64,000 nucleotides of DNA from Trypanosoma brucei (lineage: Eukaryota), in the NCBI GenBank assembly GCA_000002445.1, contig CP000070.1, positions 960,001-1,024,000 on the forward strand, given 5' to 3'. Positions 34,663 to 44,928 of the stretch are shown piece by piece (position 1 is the stretch's first letter; the number at the start of each line of letters is the position of its first letter). Under the pieces are notes generated by a model. That model saw nothing but the letters and a program-made list of their open reading frames with translations. It did no database searches and was not told the DNA's origin. The position numbers were made by a program, and so were the translations under genes.

Positions 34663-35808
34663 TCACTCAAGTAGATTGAATTCATCGTCGTCGTCGTCAT
34701 CAGAAAGATGGTTTGTACCTTTCCCAGAGTTGTGGTTCCGTGACGCCAAAGACGGTTGTGGGGAGCACCTCCTTATTTTTAAGCAGGTGCGCTTGCCCGC
34801 GTGTTTTCCTTGCGATACGCCACGCAAAATAAATGAGACTGTGTCCCCAACCTTGATGCTAGCATTTTGATCGTCTTGATCCACGTTGCTCATATGGAAA
34901 AATATGGATTCACCAGTTTCCTCCAACACAATGAAACCAAAGCGTCCGTCTACTAATTCCCGCACTGTACCGTAATAACGTGCAGCTGCTGGCTTAGAAT
35001 CTGCAGCAAACCCCAAGGCCCTCGATGCACCTTGGGACGAACGCCATTGCTGCAGCGGGGCGTGCCTTTTCCCAGTTGAACGGTCGATAATAACACGCCG
35101 TGCGGCATTGCGATCACCACGCTCGATACAGAACCGCACAAAACAACCTTGATGCAAGTCGCTGATGTTGACAACGTCCAGGTCCTCAAGGCTAAAATTG
35201 AAGCACGGAGCATCATCATGGAGGTTTCCAGCAAGGTCAAGTTCAGCAATGCAACCCGATCCGGTGATTGTGTCCCAACTCTGCACGCAACCGTGCAACA
35301 TCACCGGGGTGACCGGACGTTCCTTTCCGGTATCCAAGTCACACAGTCGAATATGGCGGGCAACTGGTAGTGACTTAGGAGGATCTCCACTGGCCTCTAT
35401 GTCCTCCGTCGCTTCCCTGTGCTCTTTCTCAACCTGTTCATTAACTTGAGGGCTAGGTAGCACGTCGAAAGTTACGGTTTGGCCTTGACTTACGTAAAAT
35501 CCGCCATCCAGTGAGGAGCGTGGGAAGAAAAAGTTTTCCGCATTCTCCCTCACTGCTGCCTCTAGTTCCGCTGAGGCGAGGCACTGCGTGTCTGGTGAGT
35601 CACTGGAGGAAAGTTGTAATGCAGTGATGAACCCGTAACCACGGCGGTGCATGAATGACGTGACGGTCCCTACACGCCGTGGAGCAACTTCCATCGATGC
35701 AGATGCTGCTATGTTCGTTGGGATAGGCTCAGCTGCATTTCCCCTCTTCTTCTCGAGAAGTGTTGCGGTGATCGACACGGCGAGTCGCGAGCCCGCGAGT
35801 CGGAACAT
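34663..35808 (-). CDS. Multi-cold-shock-domain (3x CSD) nucleic-acid-binding protein with predicted mitochondrial presequence and acidic C-terminal tail
   Basis: Three CSD-like units: 'RVGTVTSFMHRRGYGFITA...FFFPRSSL...GQTVTFDV', 'LHGCVQSWDTITGSGCIAELD...CFNFSLEDL...GCFVRFCIE', 'YYGTVRELVDGRFGFIVLEETGESIFFHMSNV...VGDTVSFIL'. The N-terminus MFRLAGSRLAVSITATLLEKKRG is an amphipathic Arg-rich presequence. C-terminus DDDDDDEFNLLE. ATG verified. Confidence 0.7.
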   Translation of the reverse strand: MFRLAGSRLAVSITATLLEKKRGNAAEPIPTNIAASASMEVAPRRVGTVTSFMHRRGYGFITALQLSSSDSPDTQCLASAELEAAVRENAENFFFPRSSLDGGFYVSQGQTVTFDVLPSPQVNEQVEKEHREATEDIEASGDPPKSLPVARHIRLCDLDTGKERPVTPVMLHGCVQSWDTITGSGCIAELDLAGNLHDDAPCFNFSLEDLDVVNISDLHQGCFVRFCIERGDRNAARRVIIDRSTGKRHAPLQQWRSSQGASRALGFAADSKPAAARYYGTVRELVDGRFGFIVLEETGESIFFHMSNVDQDDQNASIKVGDTVSFILRGVSQGKHAGKRTCLKIRRCSPQPSLASRNHNSGKGTNHLSDDDDDDEFNLLE

Positions 35809-36423
35809 TGAATTCTAGTTTTCCCCTACCAATGGCTACGTAAACGTTTCTCTGACAGTTCACTCTATGCACACAATCAGGCGTGCAAGGGATGTGAGAA
35901 TAACAAAAGTTGGAAAAATTAAAAAAATTATCGCTTAGCACTCTTTACCAGAAAACAATCTTCGCTCTGAACCCCTTTCAACGGTATGCATATGCAGAAG
36001 CAGCGTGAAATTTTAAATGATGGAATGTATACGGTCTACACTAGTCATCTTGGATATGGCGGCGAGAGGGGAAAACCATCACCCCCTCTCATAGATCTGA
36101 CGTCGTCACTGTAAACTCTTTGGCACTTTACATTTACTGATATTGATTTCAACAGTTCCGTATCTTTTGGTTTAAAAAAAAAAACTCAGGTGGTGATCAA
36201 GACATCACATCCATACACGAAATACACCAGTAACAGACGCCACAATGAAGATGTAAGAAGAGGAGGAAGGCCCCCTCCCACACACACAAAAAAAAAAAAC
36301 TGACACTCTTAATGCAGTAGGAACCAAATGGGCGAATAAATACAACACAGTCAACATGACTCATCACGAATCGTGACATTTCCTTCAACAGTTCTCTACT
36401 GCAGATGGCAAGCGATCACCGAT

Positions 36424-38514
36424 CTATACCGAGGCCGGAGGCAACTCCTCTGCAACACAGTCTACCGCAGTGCTGGCATAGGAGTTGCCTCCCCCTTCAG
36501 TTGCCCTCTCACGCGACTGCGCACGTTGTTCCTTTACCAGATCACCCTGCAAGTGAAACACATGCACCTCCCCGTCAGAGGAGCCACACACCACACGTGA
36601 TCCATCCTCGGAGAAGGACAAGGACGAGATTGGTGCATAATTTCGTACAAACGTCCCAGATTTCCTCGCAGAAGTGGTTGTAGAGGGCTTAGACGAAAAA
36701 GAACCACCAGACCCCAGTCTTGCCCCTGTCTGAGGGTATACGCTAGCAACAGGAAAGTTGCTTCTGCCCAGATCCCAGATAGCAACGCGGCCGCTACTTT
36801 CTCCAGCTGCAAACACCGCCGAATGGGTGGGCGACCATTGGAGGCAGTTAACCTGAGACGTGAGTCCCTCGATGGCAGCACAGCGTGAACCTAGCCAAAG
36901 ATAGCAGCTCCCGTCGGCGGCTGCACTAAGTAGAGTAGCGCTTACATGAGGGTCACCGTGAAACGGGTGCGGTGCGACCGCGACAACGGCAGCGCAATGA
37001 GCAGGGGTGTCATAACACTTTTCTTTGGGATGCCGTACGCGACATGAGGGGTTTTCGTGGGTTGATTTATCAACACCAACAGTGGAACCAGATATGGGTT
37101 GCATATCCACAACCCCTGGTCCCTTTGCTCCCCCCTCTAAGATATGACCGTTGAGGCACCCAAAGAATACTTTGTTCATTGCATCCGCCGTGGTACTGAC
37201 GAAAGCCGCACAAGATCCAACACACCCAGGTGCCATTCCCTGCACTAAACTCTCACGGGTTGAAGAGGGTAAGCATAGCTTTGAAGGCTCCCACATACAC
37301 ACTTGACCATGTTCGCTGATGGAAAAGAGGTGGTGAGAGCCAAGATCTCCATGCACTGCCATCGCAAGAACCTGTGTTTGATGGGAGTGAGGCGACGGAA
37401 ACGACTGCACACAGGGATAGACGGGGGCGGACGCAGAAAGAGCCGAAGAAGAGGGCAAACATCCATACGACAGTGAAGATGATTTCCCAAATGTGGTAAG
37501 AACCGGTGGCGAGGCAGCACGTCCACATTGTTGTAGTGCTTGGTCAATGCGCCACGCAACAATGCAACCATTGGCAGCTCCACCGAACAAAAGGTGGGGA
37601 CACCGTTTCGTGTACGTCAGAGTACGAACCTCACTACTAAAACAGAGCGGTACAACTACCGGACCACCACCGTCTGTACCCTGCTGTATACATATGAGTA
37701 GAACGAGTCCCACAGAATCAAAGCCTCTAAAGGTCGAACCTCCCGTTGCTCCTTGCATCATCATGTCGGATAAATTTTCGACGTTGCATGCTTCTGACAG
37801 CGACGCCGCAACAAACAACAAGCCCTTAGAGCACGCATCACCATCCTCCGAAGATGGACAGTTAAGCACTCTCACATCCAGTACACAGCGACTCCCGCTG
37901 CCACAAACCGATCCTAAAAATATTGAGTGCTCTAGAGTCATAAATGCAGCACCCGCAGAACCGACACATGGCGATTTACTTCCTCCGAAAGAAGTGAAAA
38001 CACTACCAACTATATCTCTATCAACAGAGGTCACAGAAGCTTTCCCGACTCCGCATCCACCCTTAGCAGGATCCGAACCAGTATTTTCAACACTCTTAAC
38101 GCTGCTGTGAGAAGCACTGCACAAAGTTTTCGCGCTGACAGAAGGTGCGCTCGTAGTCAGAGTTTTTTGCCTTCTCGCTGCGCTGCAGCCAACACCATCT
38201 TCCGCCACGCTCCTAGAAATGCTACAAGCAGACAATGATGCGGACGACAAATTCCCACAAGCGGGCTTACACTCTTTTGTATCAACGGCACGATCGCCAT
38301 CACCCGGACACTTAGAAACACTAACAGAGCACCGAGTACGCGCACATCCTGTACTGCCGGATATCGAACCACCAACTACCAAACCTTCACTGCCGGTAAT
38401 GCTCTCCCGTTTGGGAGGAACCACATTTTGACGCTGTTGAAGGACACTCCGTTCCTTTGCCTTCCGCGCCTCACGAATCTCCTCCAGTTGCCGTCGCTTC
38501 TCCGATAAATCCAT
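36424..38514 (-). CDS. WD40-repeat protein with N-terminal coiled-coil/basic segment and Ser/Cys-rich linker (hypothetical)
   Basis: ATG verified at 38512-38514. Repeated WD-like blocks in the C-terminal two-thirds (GGAANGCIVAWRI, VFAAGESSGRVAIWDL, VVCGSSDGEVHVFHL). Confidence 0.65.
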   Translation of the reverse strand: MDLSEKRRQLEEIREARKAKERSVLQQRQNVVPPKRESITGSEGLVVGGSISGSTGCARTRCSVSVSKCPGDGDRAVDTKECKPACGNLSSASLSACSISRSVAEDGVGCSAARRQKTLTTSAPSVSAKTLCSASHSSVKSVENTGSDPAKGGCGVGKASVTSVDRDIVGSVFTSFGGSKSPCVGSAGAAFMTLEHSIFLGSVCGSGSRCVLDVRVLNCPSSEDGDACSKGLLFVAASLSEACNVENLSDMMMQGATGGSTFRGFDSVGLVLLICIQQGTDGGGPVVVPLCFSSEVRTLTYTKRCPHLLFGGAANGCIVAWRIDQALQQCGRAASPPVLTTFGKSSSLSYGCLPSSSALSASAPVYPCVQSFPSPHSHQTQVLAMAVHGDLGSHHLFSISEHGQVCMWEPSKLCLPSSTRESLVQGMAPGCVGSCAAFVSTTADAMNKVFFGCLNGHILEGGAKGPGVVDMQPISGSTVGVDKSTHENPSCRVRHPKEKCYDTPAHCAAVVAVAPHPFHGDPHVSATLLSAAADGSCYLWLGSRCAAIEGLTSQVNCLQWSPTHSAVFAAGESSGRVAIWDLGRSNFPVASVYPQTGARLGSGGSFSSKPSTTTSARKSGTFVRNYAPISSLSFSEDGSRVVCGSSDGEVHVFHLQGDLVKEQRAQSRERATEGGGNSYASTAVDCVAEELPPASV

Positions 38515-38726
38515 CGAACTACAGAAGTAAAAAAAAAGGATATCTGACCCTCTCCCACCAAAAAAAAAAAAGAAATAAAGAAAAAAGAAATAATAATAAA
38601 ACAGTCAACAACAAAAAAAAAAAATAAGAGAAGCAGCTTTTAAAAAAAAAAAAATTACAAAAATATTAAAAACCAAACGGAAGCACAATTTAAAAAGTAC
38701 ATCTTTAAAAACATAAAAACCAAACA

Positions 38727-41700
38727 CTATTTTCCAATATTAATTATCTTTCGCGTTAACTTATAAGGTTCTTCGCCAACGACGAAGCCACTCAACAGTT
38801 TCCTCCTTAAATAACTTAAGCGAATATTCAAAACAGCGCACTCCCTCTCAAAAACATCCAACCTCTGTTGAAGTTCATTCCGTTCAGCCTCCACAGTTTC
38901 CAGATTACGCTCCACAGCAGCTCTCGCATCCTCGGAATTACGAAGTTGCGATTTCAGATCATTGCTTGTAGCGTCCAACCTCTGTTGAAGTTCATTCCGT
39001 TCAGCCTCCACAGTTTCCAGATTACGCTCCACAGCAGCTCTCGCATCTTCGGAATTACGAAGTTGCGATTTCAGATCATTGCTTGTAGCATCCAACCTCT
39101 GTTGAAGTTCATTCCGTTCAGCCTCCACAGTTTCCAGATTACGCTCCACAGCAGCTCTCGCATCCTCGGAATTACGAAGTTGCGATTTCAGATCATTGCT
39201 TGTAGCGTCCAACCTCTGTTGAAGTTCATTCCGTTCAGCCTCCACAGTTTCCAGATTACGCTCCACAGCAGCTCTCGCATCTTCGGAATTACGAAGTTGC
39301 GATTTCAGATCATTGCTTGTAGCGTCCAACCTCTGTTGAAGTTCATTCCGTTCAGCCTCCACAGTTTCCAGATTACGCTCCACAGCAGCTCTCGCATCCT
39401 CGGAATTACGAAGTTGCGATTTCAGATCATTGCTTGTAGCGTCCAACCTCTGTTGAAGTTCATTCCGTTCAGCCTCCACAGTTTCCAGATTACGCTCCAC
39501 AGCAGCTCTCGCATCCTCGGAATTACGAAGTTGCGATTTCAGATCATTGCTTGTAGCGTCCAACCTCTGTTGAAGTTCATTCCGTTCAGCCTCCACAGTT
39601 TCCAGATTACGCTCCACAGCAGCTCTCGCATCTTCGGAATTACGAAGTTGCGATTTCAGATCATTGCTTGTAGCATCCAACCTCTGTTGAAGTTCATTCC
39701 GTTCAGCCTCCACAGTTTCCAGATTACGCTCCACAGCAGCTCTCGCATCCTCGGAATTACGAAGTTGCGATTTCAGATCATTGCTTGTAGCGTCCAACCT
39801 CTGTTGAAGTTCATTCCGTTCAGCCTCCACAGTTTCCAGATTACGCTCCACAGCAGCTCTCGCATCCTCGGAATTACGAAGTTGCGATTTCAGATCATTG
39901 CTTGTAGCATCCAACCTCTGTTGAAGTTCATTCCGTTCAGCCTCCACAGTTTCCAGATTACGCTCCACAGCAGCTCTCGCATCCTCGGAATTACGAAGTT
40001 GCGATTTCAGATCATTGCTTGTAGCGTCCAACCTCTGTTGAAGTTCATTCCGTTCAGCCTCCACAGTTTCCAGATTACGCTCCACAGCAGCTCTCGCATC
40101 CTCGGAATTACGAAGTTGCGATTTCAGATCATTGCTTGTAGCGTCCAACCTCTGTTGAAGTTCATTCCGTTCAGCCTCCACAGTTTCCAGATTACGCTCC
40201 ACAGCAGCTCTCGCATCCTCGGAATTACGAAGTTGCGATTTCAGATCATTGCTTGTAGCGTCCAACCTCTGTTGAAGTTCATTCCGTTCAGCCTCCACAG
40301 TTTCCAGATTACGCTCCACAGCAGCTCTCGCATCCTCGGAATTACGAAGTTGCGATTTCAGATCATTGCTTGTAGCATCCAACCTCTGTTGAAGTTCATT
40401 CCGTTCAGCCTCCACAGTTTCCAGATTACGCTCCACAGCAGCTCTCGCATCCTCGGAATTACGAAGTTGCGATTTCAGATCATTGCTTGTAGCGTCCAAC
40501 CTCTGTTGAAGTTCATTCCGTTCAGCCTCCACAGTTTCCAGATTACGCTCCACAGCAGCTCTCGCATCCTCGGAATTACGAAGTTGCGATTTCAGATCAT
40601 TGCTTGTAGCGTCCAACCTCTGTTGAAGTTCATTCCGTTCAGCCTCCACAGTTTCCAGATTACGCTCCACAGCAGCTCTCGCATCCTCGGAATTACGAAG
40701 TTGCGATTTCAGATCATTGCTTGTAGCGTCCAACCTCTGTTGAAGTTCATTCCGTTCAGCCTCCACAGTTTCCAGATTACGCTCCACAGCAGCTCTCGCA
40801 TCCTCGGAATTACGAAGTTGCGATTTCAGATCATTGCTTGTAGCGTCCAACCTCTGTTGAAGTTCATTCCGTTCAGCCTCCACAGTTTCCAGATTACGCT
40901 CCACAGCAGCTCTCGCATCCTCGGAATTACGAAGTTGCGATTTCAGATCATTGCTTGTAGCATCCAACCTCTGTTGAAGTTCATTCCGTTCAGCCTCCAC
41001 AGTTTCCAGATTACGCTCCACAGCAGCTCTCGCATCCTCGGAATTACGAAGTTGCGATTTCAGATCATTGCTTGTAGCGTCCAACCTCTGTTGAAGTTCA
41101 TTCCGTTCAGCCTCCACAGTTTCCAGATTACGCTCCACAGCAGCTCTCGCATCCTCGGAATTACGAAGTTGCGATTTCAGATCATTGCTTGTAGCGTCCA
41201 ACCTCTGTTGAAGTTCATTCCGTTCAGCCTCCACAGTTTCCAGATTACGCTCCACAGCAGCTCTCGCATCCTCGGAATTACGAAGTTGCGATTTCAGATC
41301 ATTGCTTGTAGCGTCCAACCTCTGTTGAAGTTCATTCCGTTCAGCCTCCACAGTTTCCAGATTACGCTCCACAGCAGCTCTCGCATCTTCGGAATTACGA
41401 AGTTGCGATTTCAGATCATTGCTTGTAGCGTCCAACCTCTGTTGAAGTTCATTCCGTTCAGCCTCCACAGTTTCCAGATTACGCTCCACAGCAGCTCTCG
41501 CATCTTCGGAATTACGAAGTTGCGATTTCAGATCATTGCTTGTAGCATCCAACCTCTGTTGAAGTTCATTCCGTTCAGCCTCCACAGTTTCCAGATTACG
41601 CTCCACAGCAGCTCTCGCATCTTCGGAATTACGAAGTTGCGATTTCAGATCATTGCTCGTAGCATCCAACCTCTGTTGAAGTTCATTCCGTTCAGCCTCC

Positions 41701-44138
41701 ACAGTTTCCAGATTACGCTCCACAGCAGCTCTCGCATCCTCGGAATTACGAAGTTGCGATTTCAGATCATTGCTCGTAGCGTCCAACCTCTGTTGAAGTT
41801 CATCCCGTTCAGCCTCCACAGTTTCCAGATTACGCTCCACAGCAGCTCTCGCATCCTCGGCTTGCCTTGCTTTGTTGGTTATTGCGGCTTCTGATTGTTT
41901 TGTGGTATCAAGTTGTTTTTTTGCTTCTTCTATTTCTTTTTCTAACATTAGAATTTTTTGTTCTAGTTTTTTTGTCATCTGGTGTTGTTCCATCTGAAAT
42001 AATTTATGATTTTTTTCCATTGCGGCTCTTTGGTCGAAATGATGCTGGTTACATTTGGTAAGTTGAGTCTCAACTTCAGTGCCCACCGCCGTTAGTAGCT
42101 CTGCCTGCCAAAGATTGTGCATGCCAATAGTTGTAAGGAGGTGATTTATTGTTTTAATGTGACGATGTTCTGTTTCTTCCAGTTTCAGGTCGAGAAACTG
42201 GGCTATCTCTTCAAGTTCATTTCTTTCAAGTCGGAATACCTCGAGGTCGCTGAGAATTCGTTGTTGTGCCTCACACTCTTCAAGCAGCTTTTGCATGCGG
42301 TGAGAAAGTTCCTCGTTCTGTTGCTGTAATTCTGTATGCTTTTCTGAGGACTGCTGTGAATTACAAAGTGCAGCGCTCAATTGCTCCTGCCTTTCACGAA
42401 GGATGTGTAGTGCTTCCTCTCGTGAATGACGCTCTTGCTCAAGTTCTGACATCACCCTGGACAATTGTTGTTGACTGCTCAACATTTCAGCATCTTTCCT
42501 CTCTCTAATCCCCTCTATCTCTGCTCTGTGTTGCCGCACCTTCTCTAAGAGCTCCTGTTCTCGCTGTGCATACTCATCTTTCAAACGCTGACTCATTTCT
42601 TCATGATATTCAGCGCGGCGTTTCGACTCTTCAACCTGCCGTTCGAGCTCAGTAGCCTTGATCAGGAGTTCCTCACGCTCCACCTCGGTTGCATACAACA
42701 TTTTCTCACGAATTATATTCTTCTCTCGTTCCTTTTCCAGTGCATGAAGGTCAGCAGCACGCTTCTGCGCTTCCGCCTCGAGAAGCACAAGCTTCTCCTC
42801 CAGCTCACGGACGTACGTGGGGTCCTTACCTTTGATGTCTTGCCGCATTTGCTCCATCTGTTCCTCAAGTTCACGAATACGACGCGCGCGGGGGTCCTCA
42901 TTGACTCTGGTCATGTTTACGATATCACGGGCACGTGATGCGTATCGTAGCGTGCTCAGAGTTTCCTCGTAGTTCAGAGCACTCGGGCTCACCGTCGCGA
43001 TCATAAAGGTCTTCGAGTTCCCACCGAGTGAATCTTTCAAAATGTATGTAAGCTTAGACTCCCGATAAGGTGGTGTCGACCATTGTGATGATTTATTCTT
43101 CGCCATATCTGCCAGCATATCGATCACGCGCCCGAGTGTTGTCAATGAGAGATTAATATATCGTGCCTCGTTAAACTGCTGCCCAACAACCTCTGATTGC
43201 GCAACGCGCTCAGATCCAGCAAGGTCCACCAAGTTCATTCGGCTACTCATCCCGGCGGTGGTGATCACTTGCCCAGATGCCGTTTGTGTAGACCGCTCCT
43301 CATGTAGTATCAACATGAAGATAGCATGGCTCCTGCTGCTGCGGTCGTTCATCTTCGTTGAGGCCGTGTGTCGCACACGATTCCCCAACTCGATCAGTTC
43401 CACAACTTCCTCCACAGACGACACCTCTTGCAGTCTCTGTCCTTCGATAAAAACACCCATCGTGGGATGTTCACGCACATCAACGAACACATCCTCCCTC
43501 GATCCCTTCCGCCGCCGAGCCAGGAGGTCAGACACACGCTCGTTATACACTTCAACATACCCAACTGTCACCTTCCACCTTGAGTGGCCCTTTCCTTCGA
43601 TTCGAGCACGCTTCTCGAATATCTCTAGGCAAAGACGCGGTATCACCCCAGCATCCACACCGGACACAGAACCCGGATCTCCTCCCATCATTGTGTACGT
43701 CTTACCACTTCCCGTTTGTCCGTAAGCAAAAAGACATGAGTTGTACCCGTTGAAGGCATGCATCACAAGTGGGCGACCAATCGCTTCATACACTTCCAGC
43801 TGCCCCGCGGGCGGGAGACCACCCTCATCGGTACAACCACAGGAACAAAAAATGTTGTCAAATTGGAATGTTTGCGCCCGTGGGCACTGACTACTTTTTG
43901 AGTGGTGATCAATCAGCGTTATGGTCGAATACGATGTATTGGCTCGGAGTGCGAGTTTGTGCGTTCCCGACATTTCTGAAGTGTTTTGCGGCCGTACTCT
44001 TACAGCTACTTTAATAGACTCATCGCACGCGTTCGTCGTCATTTCGGTTGTTGTTAATGAGTTCCTACTTTCGTCGGTCATCGTTGAGTTATTTTTTCCC
44101 GAGTTTTGTTCCCCTGCCCTCCTTATATTACTTATCAT
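38727..44138 (-). CDS. Kinesin (N-terminal motor domain) with long coiled-coil stalk and ~26 tandem 39-aa repeats (K39-antigen-like kinesin)
   Basis: Motor motifs [25 protein letters not shown] (P-loop), SSRSHAIF (switch I), LVDLAGSER (switch II). This is followed by ~400 aa of coiled coil, then the reiterated repeat NSEDARAAVERNLETVEAERNELQQRLDATSNDLKSQLR. ATG verified at 44136-44138 (an alternative ATG lies at 44081). Confidence 0.9.
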   Translation of the reverse strand: MISNIRRAGEQNSGKNNSTMTDESRNSLTTTEMTTNACDESIKVAVRVRPQNTSEMSGTHKLALRANTSYSTITLIDHHSKSSQCPRAQTFQFDNIFCSCGCTDEGGLPPAGQLEVYEAIGRPLVMHAFNGYNSCLFAYGQTGSGKTYTMMGGDPGSVSGVDAGVIPRLCLEIFEKRARIEGKGHSRWKVTVGYVEVYNERVSDLLARRRKGSREDVFVDVREHPTMGVFIEGQRLQEVSSVEEVVELIELGNRVRHTASTKMNDRSSRSHAIFMLILHEERSTQTASGQVITTAGMSSRMNLVDLAGSERVAQSEVVGQQFNEARYINLSLTTLGRVIDMLADMAKNKSSQWSTPPYRESKLTYILKDSLGGNSKTFMIATVSPSALNYEETLSTLRYASRARDIVNMTRVNEDPRARRIRELEEQMEQMRQDIKGKDPTYVRELEEKLVLLEAEAQKRAADLHALEKEREKNIIREKMLYATEVEREELLIKATELERQVEESKRRAEYHEEMSQRLKDEYAQREQELLEKVRQHRAEIEGIRERKDAEMLSSQQQLSRVMSELEQERHSREEALHILRERQEQLSAALCNSQQSSEKHTELQQQNEELSHRMQKLLEECEAQQRILSDLEVFRLERNELEEIAQFLDLKLEETEHRHIKTINHLLTTIGMHNLWQAELLTAVGTEVETQLTKCNQHHFDQRAAMEKNHKLFQMEQHQMTKKLEQKILMLEKEIEEAKKQLDTTKQSEAAITNKARQAEDARAAVERNLETVEAERDELQQRLDATSNDLKSQLRNSEDARAAVERNLETVEAERNELQQRLDATSNDLKSQLRNSEDARAAVERNLETVEAERNELQQRLDATSNDLKSQLRNSEDARAAVERNLETVEAERNELQQRLDATSNDLKSQLRNSEDARAAVERNLETVEAERNELQQRLDATSNDLKSQLRNSEDARAAVERNLETVEAERNELQQRLDATSNDLKSQLRNSEDARAAVERNLETVEAERNELQQRLDATSNDLKSQLRNSEDARAAVERNLETVEAERNELQQRLDATSNDLKSQLRNSEDARAAVERNLETVEAERNELQQRLDATSNDLKSQLRNSEDARAAVERNLETVEAERNELQQRLDATSNDLKSQLRNSEDARAAVERNLETVEAERNELQQRLDATSNDLKSQLRNSEDARAAVERNLETVEAERNELQQRLDATSNDLKSQLRNSEDARAAVERNLETVEAERNELQQRLDATSNDLKSQLRNSEDARAAVERNLETVEAERNELQQRLDATSNDLKSQLRNSEDARAAVERNLETVEAERNELQQRLDATSNDLKSQLRNSEDARAAVERNLETVEAERNELQQRLDATSNDLKSQLRNSEDARAAVERNLETVEAERNELQQRLDATSNDLKSQLRNSEDARAAVERNLETVEAERNELQQRLDATSNDLKSQLRNSEDARAAVERNLETVEAERNELQQRLDATSNDLKSQLRNSEDARAAVERNLETVEAERNELQQRLDATSNDLKSQLRNSEDARAAVERNLETVEAERNELQQRLDATSNDLKSQLRNSEDARAAVERNLETVEAERNELQQRLDATSNDLKSQLRNSEDARAAVERNLETVEAERNELQQRLDATSNDLKSQLRNSEDARAAVERNLETVEAERNELQQRLDATSNDLKSQLRNSEDARAAVERNLETVEAERNELQQRLDATSNDLKSQLRNSEDARAAVERNLETVEAERNELQQRLDVFERECAVLNIRLSYLRRKLLSGFVVGEEPYKLTRKIINIGK
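38857..41870. repeat. Tandem array of ~25.7 copies of a 117-bp unit (inside the kinesin CDS)
   Basis: Unit 'tccaacctctgttgaagttcattccgttcagcctccacagtttccagattacgctccacagcagctctcgcatcctcggaattacgaagttgcgatttcagatcattgcttgtagcg'. The period was verified at 38857, 38974 and onwards. The only variant sites are C/T in 'gcatc(c/t)tcgg', G/A in 'gtagc(g/a)tcc' and 't(t/c)gtagc'. Confidence 0.95.
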
Positions 44139-44572
44139 TTATACGATATTGAAGTCTACTTGTGTGATGGGTGTCGCTCGTTGGGAGGAATGTGCCCAAT
44201 CTCCCTTCAAAGGCTGTTTTGTTATTAGACCTTCAACACCTGTCACGGTGTATTGTGGCGACACACGGGGAAGGCAATCTAAAAAAAATAAACTGACGGG
44301 AGGTGAAGAATTTAATGGGGCTACAAAATAATTGTAAAGGCCATCAACAAAGAGGAGAGAGGCACAGCTATGCCCATTTTCCGTCGTTGATATTCGTGAC
44401 GTGTGGCCACGGGCCAACACAGTAGGTAATAAGACACTGACTACAACCCACGTATGACTTGAATTCCTCCCGGACGCCACTTTCGAAGTATATCGGATCT
44501 GGAGGAAGCCTAAAATGTTTTCCAATCTCGCACAAACCTAGCCGTGCCCGCTATTGCGCCAAGATCCAGGTA

Positions 44573-44729
44573 GCGGTATCACCCCAGCATCCACACCGGA
44601 CACAGAACCCGGATCTCCTCCCATCATTGTGTACGTCTTACCACTTCCCGTTTGTCCGTAAGCAAAAAGACATGAGTTGTACCCGTTGAAGGCATGCATC
44701 ACAAGTGGGCGACCAATCGCTTCATACAC
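44573..44729 (-). pseudogene. Orphan 157-bp exact copy of the kinesin motor-domain segment (P-loop region) located ~435 bp upstream of the kinesin start codon
   Basis: Positions 44573-44729 are identical to 43637-43793 ('gcggtatcaccccagcatccacaccggac...cgcttcatacac'). The copy encodes [51 protein letters not shown]. The flanks diverge, leaving no intact ORF beyond a 75-aa fragment (track 44538..44765). Confidence 0.8.
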
Positions 44730-44928
44730 ACATCCAGCTGGTGATCCCACTTTTTTGAAACACACGCAGGACCATTCGTTAATCTTGCAAATCAGACCTC
44801 TCCAGCAGTAAACAGGAGAAAGGGGGCGAGCTGCGGTTTAAAGTGCATACAAAAACGCTGAGACATGGACATTCGGAAGAAAAGTGATTTCGTAGCTTTT
44901 CTCAAATGGCCGGCCGATTGTATAGACT

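Noticed and set aside
38868-41894. 1008-aa plus-strand ORF (…FIPFSLHSFQITLHSSSRILGITKLRFQIIACSVQPLLK… repeated)
   Set aside because: It is purely the antisense reading of the 117-bp tandem array, since 117 is divisible by 3 and the frame stays open. It lies opposite a well-supported kinesin CDS, has no start context, and has periodic low-information content.
44538-44765. 75-aa minus-strand ORF containing a kinesin P-loop
   Set aside because: It is not an independent gene. It is the translation of the 157-bp duplicated kinesin fragment with unrelated flanks, so it is annotated as a pseudogene fragment instead.
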